Shown: piece by piece, positions 37,674-46,313 of the stretch | How positions within the stretch are numbered: the first letter of the stretch is position 1 | Layout: every line of letters starts with the position of its first letter | DNA from: an uncultured Rhodanobacter sp. | GTDB lineage: Bacteria > Pseudomonadota > Gammaproteobacteria > Xanthomonadales > Rhodanobacteraceae | Reading direction: 5' to 3' | DNA length: 64,000 nt | NCBI GenBank assembly: GCA_964568445.1 | Contig: CAZMPZ010000014.1 | Coordinates: 1,905-65,904 of the forward strand | The notes under the pieces: model-generated | What the model saw: only the letters and a program-made list of their open reading frames with translations | The model's database searches: none | What the model was told of the DNA's origin: nothing | Made by a program: the position numbers and the translations under genes

Positions 37674-38600
37674 TCAGGCCGCGCGGCGTGCCGCGGCGGC
37701 GGCACCAATGGCCTGCGCATGGTCGATCAGGTCGCGCCGGCCCAGCACGAACACGCCCATGGCGCCGACCTTGAATTCCACCCACACGAACGGCACCTGC
37801 GGCAGCAGACGGCACAAGGCGCGCTCGCTCTCGCCCACCTCGACGATCAGCAGCCCGTCTTCGTTGAGATGCGCCGCCGCCTCATCCAGCATACGCAGGC
37901 ACAAGTCCAGGCCGTCGGCACCGGAAGTGAGGCCAAGCTTCGGCTCGTGGGCGTACTCGCCCGGCAGCGTGGCGTACTCCGCATCGGTGACGTATGGTGG
38001 ATTGGACACGATCAAGTCGTAGGTCTGTCCGGCCAACCCGGAAAACAGGTTCGATTGAATGGCGTTGACCCGGTCGCCGACGCATTGCAACGCCATGTTC
38101 TCGCGCGCCAGCGCCAGCGCCTCGGTGCTGATGTCGGCCAGATCCACCTGCCAGCTGCGGTTGTACTGTGCAATGGCGATACCGATGCAGCCCGAGCCGG
38201 TACACAAATCCAGCACGCGCTCGACCGGGCGGTCGTCCAGCCACGGCGCAAAACCCGATTCGATCAGCTCGGCAATCGGCGAGCGCGGCACCAGGGCGCG
38301 CGGATCGCTCTTGAACTGCAGCCCGGCAAACCAGGTTTCGCCGACCAGATAGGCCACCGGCACGCGCTCATCGATGCGGCGTTCGATCAACGCCAGCACG
38401 CGGGTCTTCTCTTCATCGACCAGCCGCCCGACAGCGTAGGCCGGCGGCAAATCAGGTGGCAGATGCAGGCAGCCGAGCACCAGGTGCGTCGCCTCGTCGA
38501 TGGGATTGTCGTGGCTGTGGCCAAACGTGAGCCCGGCGGCGGCAAAGCGGCTGGCGGCGTAGCGGATGAAGTCGATGATGCTGGACAGTTCGGTGGTCAC
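37674..38600 (-). CDS. prmB: 50S ribosomal protein L3 glutamine N5-methyltransferase
   Basis: 308 aa. SAM motif is VLDLCTGSGCIGI and the NPPY catalytic motif is SNPPYV. Adjacent to aroC as in enterobacteria, except for the intervening GNAT gene. Confidence 0.9.
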   Translation of the reverse strand: MTTELSSIIDFIRYAASRFAAAGLTFGHSHDNPIDEATHLVLGCLHLPPDLPPAYAVGRLVDEEKTRVLALIERRIDERVPVAYLVGETWFAGLQFKSDPRALVPRSPIAELIESGFAPWLDDRPVERVLDLCTGSGCIGIAIAQYNRSWQVDLADISTEALALARENMALQCVGDRVNAIQSNLFSGLAGQTYDLIVSNPPYVTDAEYATLPGEYAHEPKLGLTSGADGLDLCLRMLDEAAAHLNEDGLLIVEVGESERALCRLLPQVPFVWVEFKVGAMGVFVLGRRDLIDHAQAIGAAAAARRAA

Positions 38601-38682
38601 AAGTAATTCCGGATTACGGCGTGCAGGCGGCGGTCAGTATAGGTGGGCGGGTGGCCAACCAGCCCTTGTCTATACTGCCGCG

Positions 38683-39534
38683 ATGAATTTGAAGCTGATC
38701 GTGCAATACCTCGCGCCGCACCAGGCGCTGTCGCGCCTCGTCTACCACGCGACGCGGTGGACTTTCGCGCCGTGGAAGAACTGGCTGATCCGCACCATCG
38801 TGCGCAAATACCACGTCAACATGGCCGAGGCCGCCGAGCCCGAGCCCACCGCGTACCAGCACTTCAATGCGTTTTTCACGCGCAAGCTGCGCGCCGATGC
38901 GCGCCAGTTCGATCCCGACCACGCCGCCGTGTCGTGTCCCGCCGACGGTCGCATCAGCCAGGCCGGACGTATCGCCAACGGCCGCATCTTTCAGGCCAAG
39001 GGTCGCGACTACAGCGCCGTGGAACTGCTCGGCGGCGACGCGGCGGCAGCGGCACCGTATCGCAACGGCAGCTTTCTCACCGTGTACCTGTCGCCACGCG
39101 ATTATCACCGCGTACACATGCCGCTGACCGGCACGCTGCGCACCACCGTGCATGTGCCGGGACGTATCTTCAGCGTGGCGCCGTTCGCGGTGGCGGGTAT
39201 TCCGCGCATTTTTGCCCGCAACGAACGTTTGGTGTGTCACTTCGACGGCGACCACGGCCCGTTTGTCGTGGTCATGGTCGGCGCCATCCTGGTGTCATCG
39301 GTGGCGACCGTGTGGGATGGGCTGGTCATACCACCCTACGCCCACGCCATCCGCGAAAAATCCTTCGCCGGCCGTGCCATCACGCTGCAGCGCGGCGCCG
39401 AGATGGCGCGCTTCAACATGGGCTCGACGGTCATTGTGCTGCTGCCTGCCGGCGTGCAGCTGGATGCGCTGGCCGCCGAACAAGCCGTGCAAGTTGGCCA
39501 GCGCCTCGGCACGCTGCCCGACTTGCGCGACTGA
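38683..39534 (+). CDS. psd: Phosphatidylserine decarboxylase proenzyme
   Basis: Start trimmed to ATG 38683 (MNLKLIVQYL...). The self-cleavage motif is in FNMGSTVIVL. 283 aa. Confidence 0.92.
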   Translation: MNLKLIVQYLAPHQALSRLVYHATRWTFAPWKNWLIRTIVRKYHVNMAEAAEPEPTAYQHFNAFFTRKLRADARQFDPDHAAVSCPADGRISQAGRIANGRIFQAKGRDYSAVELLGGDAAAAAPYRNGSFLTVYLSPRDYHRVHMPLTGTLRTTVHVPGRIFSVAPFAVAGIPRIFARNERLVCHFDGDHGPFVVVMVGAILVSSVATVWDGLVIPPYAHAIREKSFAGRAITLQRGAEMARFNMGSTVIVLLPAGVQLDALAAEQAVQVGQRLGTLPDLRD

Positions 39535-39558
39535 CATTGGACCGCCCCGCGATTTGTC

Positions 39559-39777
39559 TCAATGCGGCTGGCGCGCCTGCCAGGCGGCCAGCGCCGCCTT
39601 GTAGCGCTCCATTGCCTCGTCGTAGGTGTCGTAAACGCAGCGTATGCAACCTTCGCCACAGCAATCTGCGGCATCGGGTTCGGACGGCTTGACGGGCGGC
39701 GGATCAGCCGTGCCGGCCGCCGACGGCGCATCCATGTTGACGATGCGCAATGATGCCGGCAGGTCGGTGTCGCTCAT
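39559..39777 (-). CDS. Small Oxidored-like (OXLD-type) Cys-rich protein
   Basis: 72 aa. DCCGEGCIRCVYDTYDEA matches the CCGxGCxxCV(W/Y) signature of the oxidoreductase-like N-terminal domain as I recall it. Confidence 0.65.
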   Translation of the reverse strand: MSDTDLPASLRIVNMDAPSAAGTADPPPVKPSEPDAADCCGEGCIRCVYDTYDEAMERYKAALAAWQARQPH

Positions 39778-39789
39778 GATGCCGTGCGC

Positions 39790-40572
39790 TTACTGAAGCG
39801 GCTTGCGGAAGCGGTAGATGAACTGATCAGTATGGCCACGTATCGAGGGATCAAACACCTTGGCCGTGTGCGGGTCGGCGCTGTTGCGCAGCGCATCGCT
39901 TTCGCCATCGAACGTGAAACCGGCCGCTTCAACCTGGGCGCGCACCGTTGCCGGATCGATGCGGTGCAGGGTTTCGGTATCGGCCAGGCCATGCCCGGCA
40001 GCGGCTACATGGTCGATCACCACGAACAGGCCACCTGGCTTGAGCGCCGCGAAAGCCTGGCGGTCCAGCGCTGCCGGGTCGGCGTTGCCCATGAAGCTGT
40101 CGGGATAGTCGTGATAGTTCTGCGAGGTGAATACCAGATCCACCGGTTCGGGCGTCGTCAGCTTGGCCGCCGGCTGCTGCAGCAAGGTGACATTGGCGTA
40201 ATGCGGCGTGGCAGCCAGTGCTGTCCACTGCGCAAAGGCCTTGGCGGAAAACTTCTCCGCCTCCTGCGGCCACACCGTGTAGACGCGCCCGGCCGGACCC
40301 ACCAAGGCACTGAATACGCGGGTGAAATAACCCTTGCCGGGAAGCAGTTCCAGCACCTTCTGCCCCGGCTTGACCTGCGCAAACAGCATGATCTGCGCCA
40401 CCTTGCGCCGCGCATCGTCAACCTTGTCGGCAGTGCGCGCCGGATCGTTGACCGCCTGAGCCACTGCCGCATCAAGGGTGCCGGCGTGCTGATCGGTCGG
40501 CGTGGCCGCCATGCCGGCCACGGGCAAAGCACACAACAGCGCAAGCCACATCGTTCGCATATGCCTGGACAT
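39790..40572 (-). CDS. Exported protein with class I SAM-methyltransferase fold (COG4798-like)
   Basis: Start trimmed to ATG 40572. Signal peptide is MSRHMRTMWLALLCALPVAGMAA. Degenerate motif I is VLELLPGKGYFT. The upstream 190 codons of the track ORF are antisense to blaI/blaR1. Confidence 0.7.
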   Translation of the reverse strand: MSRHMRTMWLALLCALPVAGMAATPTDQHAGTLDAAVAQAVNDPARTADKVDDARRKVAQIMLFAQVKPGQKVLELLPGKGYFTRVFSALVGPAGRVYTVWPQEAEKFSAKAFAQWTALAATPHYANVTLLQQPAAKLTTPEPVDLVFTSQNYHDYPDSFMGNADPAALDRQAFAALKPGGLFVVIDHVAAAGHGLADTETLHRIDPATVRAQVEAAGFTFDGESDALRNSADPHTAKVFDPSIRGHTDQFIYRFRKPLQ

Positions 40573-40737
40573 GATCCACTCCTGTCGACGGGTATCGGCC
40601 ATTGTGCACCGTAATGCGCATCGGGTCGCGGCCGACGTGCCCGTCGAATAGATCGCGCCCGTCGCGTCGATGGCGACATCCACGCTGGCGGCACCGGGTA
40701 TTGCCAACCGGCAGCGACGTATGCAATCTAACTGTCG

Positions 40738-40751
40738 ATTACAGGCGTAAT
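40738..40751 (+). promoter_or_regulatory. Candidate BlaI/MecI-type operator
   Basis: ATTACAGGCGTAAT is a 5-bp perfect inverted repeat (ATTAC/GTAAT). It resembles the TACAnnTGTA core of staphylococcal bla/mec operators with one mismatch. It lies immediately upstream of the blaI-like RBS. Confidence 0.4.
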
Positions 40752-40764
40752 AAAGGTGCCAAGC

Positions 40765-41148
40765 ATGCACGGTGTACCCACCATCAGCGAGGCGGAAAGC
40801 CGCGTCATGGACGTGCTGTGGCGCCGTGCGCCGCAAACCGCTGGCGAGATCGTGGCGGCGTTGCAGCCAGGTACGGGGTGGCACGAGAAGACCATCAAGA
40901 CCCTGCTCAACCGCCTGCTGGGCAAGCGCGCCTTGACTGCCACGCGCGACGGCCGGCGCTACTTGTATTCGCCCCTGCTGCAGCGCGAGGATTGGCAGGC
41001 CAGCGAAAGCCGCAGCCTGCTCGATCGCGTGTTTGGCGGGCACCTGGCGCCGCTGCTGGTGCATTTCAGCGAACACGAAAAGCTCTCGGCGCACGACCTT
41101 GCCGAGTTGCGCAAACTGGTCGATGCCATTGACGACAAGGGACACTGA
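40765..41148 (+). CDS. BlaI/MecI/CopY-family transcriptional repressor
   Basis: ATG 40765 is preferred over GTG 40756 (AAAGG sits 8 nt upstream). Sequence reads MHGVPTISEAESRVMDVLWRRAPQTAGEIVAAL...WHEKTIKTLLNRLLGKRAL...YLYSPL. Confidence 0.88.
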   Translation: MHGVPTISEAESRVMDVLWRRAPQTAGEIVAALQPGTGWHEKTIKTLLNRLLGKRALTATRDGRRYLYSPLLQREDWQASESRSLLDRVFGGHLAPLLVHFSEHEKLSAHDLAELRKLVDAIDDKGH

Positions 41149-41150
41149 CC

Positions 41151-42401
41151 ATGGTCGACATGATGTGGTACGTCACCTTCGGCCTCGCTGGCGTACTCAT
41201 GCTGCGCAAGCCGGTGCGCCGGGCATTCGGTGCCGGGCCGGCGTTCACGCTGTGGCTGCTGCCCGTGCTGCTGGCGGCACTGCCATGGCTGCCCGGCCTG
41301 CCGCCGGCGCTGCGGGTCGTCACCGTGCCCGGCCTGCTGCCAAGCCTCGTTCCCGTGGTTGGCACGGCGTTGCCGGATCAGTCCAGCTGGGTCGCACTGA
41401 TCTGGCTTATCGGCAGCGCGGCGATGATGCTGCGGCTGGCCACGCGTTACTGGCGTTTGCGGCGGCAATGCCGCACGCCGCCAGTTGATGTCCTGCGCCG
41501 GCTGCAAGCGACGTTGCCCGATCTCGACTCGCGACGCGTGCGCCTGCACGCCACCGGACCCGGCCTGCTGTGGGCCATGCGCAGCCTGTTGCTGCTGCCG
41601 CCGGATTTCACCCGGCGCTTTGCTTGCGACCAGCAGGCCCTGGTCCTGCGCCACGAATTGACCCACTTGCGCCGCGGCGATCCGCTGTGGCGCCTGCTGG
41701 CGGAAATCGGCCTGGCGCTGTTGTGGTTCCATCCGCTGGCATGGCTGGCCGCACCGCGGCTACGGCTGGATCAGGAGCTGGCCTGCGATGAAGCCGTCCT
41801 GCGCGCCACGCCGCAAGCCCAGGCACGTTACGCCCGCACCCTGCTCGACACGGCTGGCATCGCCGCCGCGCCGGTGTTCACCCCCTGGCTTGCCGAGCCG
41901 CAATTGAAGGAACGTCTCGTGATGATCGGGCAGTATCGTCCCGGCGCCACGCGTCGGCGCATGGGCTTTCTCGCCGTCGCCGTGCTGCTGGCCGCCAGCG
42001 CCTGGGTGGCGCAGAGTCCGTTGTCCACGGTCGCCGAGCCACACGCCGCCGCGAACCTGGAATACAACGCGCACCTCGCCCCGAAGTACCCCGCCGACGC
42101 GGTGAAGAACCACGACCAGGGAATGGTCATCCTGGAGGTTCTGGTGGGGACTGACGGACAACCGCAACGCATCACCGTGCATTCGGCCGACAACGTCGCG
42201 CCGAGCTTGGTCAAGGCCGCCAGTGATGCCGCCATGAAGTGGCGCTTCAATCCCGCCCTGCGCGACGGCAAGCCAATCGAGAGCTACGCGCGGGTGCCGG
42301 TAAGGTTCTCGCTCACCGATACCGACGACTCATCAGCTGCGCCCGGAGCGGCCCCGACCACGGGGAAACCGGCGAACGTACGACAGGCGGATGCCGTCTG
42401 A
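41151..42401 (+). CDS. BlaR1/M56-family membrane metalloprotease fused to a TonB C-terminal domain
   Basis: 416 aa. HExxH is in LRHELTHLRRGD, within four-TM M56 topology. The C-terminal 90 aa read YPADAVKNHDQGMVILEVLVGTDGQPQRITVHSA...AMKWRFNPALRDGKPIE (TonB_C pattern). Confidence 0.85.
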   Translation: MVDMMWYVTFGLAGVLMLRKPVRRAFGAGPAFTLWLLPVLLAALPWLPGLPPALRVVTVPGLLPSLVPVVGTALPDQSSWVALIWLIGSAAMMLRLATRYWRLRRQCRTPPVDVLRRLQATLPDLDSRRVRLHATGPGLLWAMRSLLLLPPDFTRRFACDQQALVLRHELTHLRRGDPLWRLLAEIGLALLWFHPLAWLAAPRLRLDQELACDEAVLRATPQAQARYARTLLDTAGIAAAPVFTPWLAEPQLKERLVMIGQYRPGATRRRMGFLAVAVLLAASAWVAQSPLSTVAEPHAAANLEYNAHLAPKYPADAVKNHDQGMVILEVLVGTDGQPQRITVHSADNVAPSLVKAASDAAMKWRFNPALRDGKPIESYARVPVRFSLTDTDDSSAAPGAAPTTGKPANVRQADAV

Positions 42402-42502
42402 AAGCCATCACGCATGCGCTTCATCGACTTTACGCAGTAGTTCATGACTTTCATGCAACCCATTGATTTGTTAACCTCACTGTGAACTACAGCGAGGCTT
42501 CA

Positions 42503-43066
42503 ATGGATCAACCCATGGCGTCACGCACCTCCCACTGGTCGCAGCGCGCGCGCAATCTGGCGTGGGTCGCGGCCATCGGCGCCATCCTTGCCGGCTGTGC
42601 CAGTGCCCCGCGCAAGGCGCAACCCACGTTCAAGTCATCGCACTCAGGCCTGGCCAACGCGCCGGCGCGCGCACCGGACCAGGTGGCCGCGGCCAACGAC
42701 GTGTTGTTTCGCGCCATGGCCCTGGTCGGCACGCCTTACCGCTGGGGCGGCAACACGCCCGACGGCGGTTTCGACTGCAGTGGCCTGGTCGACTACATCT
42801 ATCAAACCGCCACCGGCTTGCGCCTGCCACACAGTTCGCGCGCCATGGCCAAGGTGGATGGACGCAACGTGCAGCACATGACCAAGCTGGCCAGTGGCGA
42901 CCTGGTGTTTTTTGCCAGCGGTGGCGACATCAGCCACGTTGGCGTGTACGTCGGCAAGGGCCGCTTCGTCCACGCTCCCAACAGCGGCGGCACGGTGCGC
43001 CTGGACGACATCGACGGCCCGTACTGGCGCGACCATTTTGCCTACGGCAAGCGCCTGCTGGACTGA
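42503..43066 (+). CDS. NlpC/P60 (C40) cell-wall peptidase lipoprotein
   Basis: ATG 42503 (GAGG 6 nt upstream). The lipobox is ILAGCAS. The catalytic Cys is in FDCSGLVDYIY and the His in ISHVGVYVG. Confidence 0.88.
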   Translation: MDQPMASRTSHWSQRARNLAWVAAIGAILAGCASAPRKAQPTFKSSHSGLANAPARAPDQVAAANDVLFRAMALVGTPYRWGGNTPDGGFDCSGLVDYIYQTATGLRLPHSSRAMAKVDGRNVQHMTKLASGDLVFFASGGDISHVGVYVGKGRFVHAPNSGGTVRLDDIDGPYWRDHFAYGKRLLD

Positions 43067-43128
43067 AATTCACCGCCACGTAACAGACCATGTCGGCGCG
43101 CATTGCCCGCCCTGTGTCGGCCGCCCCC

Positions 43129-43220
43129 GTAGGAGCCCGCTTGCGGGCGATGCTTTTTCTGCGTCACCAAAATTCTTGCGCCATCCAAGGCAAGACTATC
43201 GCCCGCAAGCGGGCTCCTAC
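43129..43220. repeat. REP doublet (REPIN-like), best-preserved copy
   Basis: GTAGGAGCCCGCTTGCGGGCGATGC (43129-43153) faces ATCGCCCGCAAGCGGGCTCCTAC (43198-43220). Each arm contains its own palindrome GCCCGC-TT-GCGGGC. Sits between convergent genes. Confidence 0.88.
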
Positions 43221-43254
43221 GGGATACCAAGTGGTGTGACGCCGCGGGTGCCAA

Positions 43255-43740
43255 TCAGTGCTCGGCGGTACCCGGTGCATGCGCGTGGCCGTGTGCCAGT
43301 TCTTCCGCGGTGGCATCGCGCACCTGCTCCAGCGACACGTCGAAATGCAGCGTCTTGCCCGCCATCGGATGGTTCATGTCCACATCGATGGTGCTCATGC
43401 CCACCTTGTGCACGGTGACCGCGCGCTGGCCGCCATCCTTCATGCGCAGCACGCTGGTCATGCCCGGCTTCAGGCGATCGGCATGCGGCAGGTACTTCTT
43501 CGACAAACGCTGCACCTGGCCTTCCTGGCGCTCGCCGTAGGCGTCCGCCGGGGCGATATCCACGCTCAGCGCGTCGCCTTGTTCGTGTCCTTCCAGCGCG
43601 GATTCCAGGCCGGGGATCAGCTGCCCGTGACCGAGCACCACCCATAGCGGCTCACCGCGGTCGCGCGAGCTTTCAACCTGGTCGCCATCCACCGTCAAGG
43701 TGTAGTGCAACGCGATGACCTTGTCCTTGCCAGCCTGCAT
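43255..43740 (-). CDS. slyD: FKBP-type peptidyl-prolyl isomerase, SlyD-like
   Basis: 161 aa: VIALHYTLTVDGDQVESS...LIPGLESALEGH...NHPMAGKTLHFDVSL, with a short His-rich tail HGHAHAPG. Confidence 0.85.
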   Translation of the reverse strand: MQAGKDKVIALHYTLTVDGDQVESSRDRGEPLWVVLGHGQLIPGLESALEGHEQGDALSVDIAPADAYGERQEGQVQRLSKKYLPHADRLKPGMTSVLRMKDGGQRAVTVHKVGMSTIDVDMNHPMAGKTLHFDVSLEQVRDATAEELAHGHAHAPGTAEH

Positions 43741-43890
43741 GTGCGTGTCCCGTGATCAAACGCGCGATTCTAGCAGCGGCCGGACTGGCAGCGGCGGGCG
43801 CGGGCGCTGGCATGGCCGCGCCAGTCCGTCGCGGACTATGATCCTGCACGGGGGATTCGCGACACGGCGCCATCGGCGCACAAGGTCAAC

Positions 43891-44559
43891 ATGCCGACAC
43901 TCGACCGCAGCGCGCGGAAATCCATCGCGGCCCACTATGCGCATCGCGGCCACCGCTGGCATGTGCGCTGGAAGCTGGCCAACGATCCGGTCTACGCGGC
44001 CACCGTCAGACTCATCGGCGACAGCATGCTGCCCTTGCTGGATATCGGCTGCGGCATCGGCCTGCTCGGCCAATATCTGCACGCCATCGGCACGCGCACC
44101 GATTACACCGGCGTCGATCACGACCCGCGCAAGATCCGTACCGCACAGGCGGCGGCGCGACACGCTGGCGCGCAAGATCGCATGCACCTGGCCTGCACCG
44201 ACGCCACCACCTTGCCGCCACTGCGTGGCAACGTGGCGTTGCTGGACGTCCTGCATTACCTGGGCGCCGAACACCAACGCCGCCTGCTGCAGGCGGCGGC
44301 CCGGCATCTGGCCCCGCACGGCATGCTGGTGATCCGCAACGTGCTGCGCGAGCCCAACTGGCGCTTCCATGCCACACGGGCGGAGGAGTTTTTCCTGCGC
44401 CGCAGCGGCTGGATCCCTGGCGGCGTGCAGCATTATCCCAGCGCCGGAGAATTGCGCGTGGCGCTGGAAAATGCCGGCCTGGACGTGTGCATCAGCCCGT
44501 TGCGCGGACGCACGCCATACAACAGTTACCTGCTGGTTGCCCGTCCGCTGGGAGCCTAG
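43891..44559 (+). CDS. Class I SAM-dependent methyltransferase
   Basis: 222 aa. Motif I is LLDIGCGIGLLG, followed by post-I and motif II-like segments. Substrate not inferable. Confidence 0.75.
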   Translation: MPTLDRSARKSIAAHYAHRGHRWHVRWKLANDPVYAATVRLIGDSMLPLLDIGCGIGLLGQYLHAIGTRTDYTGVDHDPRKIRTAQAAARHAGAQDRMHLACTDATTLPPLRGNVALLDVLHYLGAEHQRRLLQAAARHLAPHGMLVIRNVLREPNWRFHATRAEEFFLRRSGWIPGGVQHYPSAGELRVALENAGLDVCISPLRGRTPYNSYLLVARPLGA

Positions 44560-44876
44560 GCGGCAGAAACCGTCCGGGCTGCAAAGCCGCCTGCTTGGTC
44601 CATTTCTCCGCCAATTCTTGGCCCATAGAGCCACTATGGGCCGGCGAATCGTCGAAAAACTGTCCTGGCGCAGCCAGCTTTTCGCCTCGAACGTTTCTAC
44701 CGCCCAGGCTCCTGGGATGAACGCCAGGACATACGCGCACGCCACGGCGATATACAGCTGGCGACCACGCCCGCTATACTGCGCGGCGCAGTCGCTCTGA
44801 CTGTCGCGGCCATTCAGTCGCCCTTTCCCTTTCTTGCAACACGGTATGAACACTCCGGGTTGCTCAGGAGTGCTTC

Positions 44877-46235
44877 ATGTCTTTCGATTCGCTGGGCCTT
44901 GCGCCCGCGTTGTTGCGTGCGCTTGCCGAATACGGCTACGCCGACCCCACACCCATCCAGTCTGCCGCGATTCCACCCGCGCTGGCCGGACACGACCTGC
45001 TGGCCGCCGCACAAACCGGCACCGGCAAGACCGCCGCATTCGCGCTGCCGCTGTTGCAAAAGCTGTCCACCGCCGGACAGACCATGACGCGCCGCCCGCG
45101 TGCGCTGATCCTCACCCCGACGCGCGAGCTGGCAGCGCAGATCCACGACAACATCCGCAGCTACGGCAAGCACATGCAGGTCAGCAGCACCACCATTTTT
45201 GGTGGCGTCAGCATGGGCCCGCAGATCAACGCGCTGCGTCGCGGCGTGGACATCGTCATCGCCACGCCGGGACGCCTGCTCGACCACATGCAGCAGCGCA
45301 CGCTGGATCTTTCCTCGGTGGAAACGCTGATCCTGGACGAAGCCGACCGCATGCTCGACATGGGCTTCCTGCCCGCGTTGAAGCGCATCCTCGCCGTGGT
45401 GCCAAAGAAACGCCAGACGCTGCTGTTCTCGGCCACGTTCGCGCCGGCAATCAAGACGCTGGCACTGGAGTTCATGCACAACCCGCAGGAAATTTCCGTC
45501 GACAACCCGAACGCGGTCGCCACGCTGGTCAGCCATCTGGTGCACCCGGTAGATGCCGCGCGCAAGCGCGACCTGCTGTTGCATCTGCTGGCCGACGACA
45601 GCCGCCGGCAGGCACTGGTGTTCAGTCGTACCAAGCATGGTGCCGACAAACTGGTGACCTTCCTCAACGCTTCGGGTCTGCGCACCGCCGCGATCCACGG
45701 CAACAAGAGCCAGAACGCGCGCACACGTGCCCTGGCTGATTTCAAGTCGCACCGTGTCACTGTGCTGGTGGCTACCGACATTGCCGCGCGCGGCATCGAC
45801 ATCGAACAGTTGCCCATCGTCATCAACTACGACCTGCCGTCGGTCGCCGAAGATTACGTGCACCGCATTGGCCGCACCGGTCGTGCCGGCATGGAAGGGC
45901 TGGCCGTGTCGCTGGTCAGCCATGATGAGTCAGGCCTGCTGTACGACATCGACAAGCTGCTCAAGCACGATATCAAGATCGTCGCCATTGCCGGCTTCGA
46001 ACCGTCGGCGCCATTGCGACTGGATGCCGGTGCACCGCGGCCCAAGCAGGGCGGACAGCGCCAGCAAAGTGGACAGCGCCAGCAGCGCGGCGGCCAGCGT
46101 TCGTCGACCTCGCGCCAAGGCAAGCCCAGCGGCGCGCCACGCCCCAATGGTTATGCCGCGCAGGGCCGCAAGGAACGCCCCACCGGCAACCAGCAACGTC
46201 GTCGCCCGCATTCGCGTCCCGCTGCCAACGCCTGA
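44877..46235 (+). CDS. rhlE: ATP-dependent DEAD-box RNA helicase RhlE-like
   Basis: 452 aa. Q motif [30 protein letters not shown], and a basic Gln/Arg-rich C-tail. Confidence 0.9.
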   Translation: MSFDSLGLAPALLRALAEYGYADPTPIQSAAIPPALAGHDLLAAAQTGTGKTAAFALPLLQKLSTAGQTMTRRPRALILTPTRELAAQIHDNIRSYGKHMQVSSTTIFGGVSMGPQINALRRGVDIVIATPGRLLDHMQQRTLDLSSVETLILDEADRMLDMGFLPALKRILAVVPKKRQTLLFSATFAPAIKTLALEFMHNPQEISVDNPNAVATLVSHLVHPVDAARKRDLLLHLLADDSRRQALVFSRTKHGADKLVTFLNASGLRTAAIHGNKSQNARTRALADFKSHRVTVLVATDIAARGIDIEQLPIVINYDLPSVAEDYVHRIGRTGRAGMEGLAVSLVSHDESGLLYDIDKLLKHDIKIVAIAGFEPSAPLRLDAGAPRPKQGGQRQQSGQRQQRGGQRSSTSRQGKPSGAPRPNGYAAQGRKERPTGNQQRRRPHSRPAANA

Positions 46236-46249
46236 GGCGTGCCGCGGTT

Positions 46250-46274
46250 GCGGAGCGGGTGATACCCGCTCCGC
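46250..46274. terminator. Strong hairpin between convergent rhlE and fghA (no flanking U-run)
   Basis: GCGGAGCGGGT gat ACCCGCTCCGC, a 10-11 bp perfect stem. Confidence 0.45.
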
Positions 46275-46313
46275 GCGCATTGGGCGACGCAAAGATCGGC
46301 GGCCGATGCGGCG

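Noticed and set aside
35863-38022. 719-aa ORF spanning four genes on the opposite strand
   Set aside because: It runs antisense across asd, aroC, the GNAT gene and prmB, all of which have strong family motifs. The composition is Arg/Ala/His-rich, and no start context or domain is recognisable.
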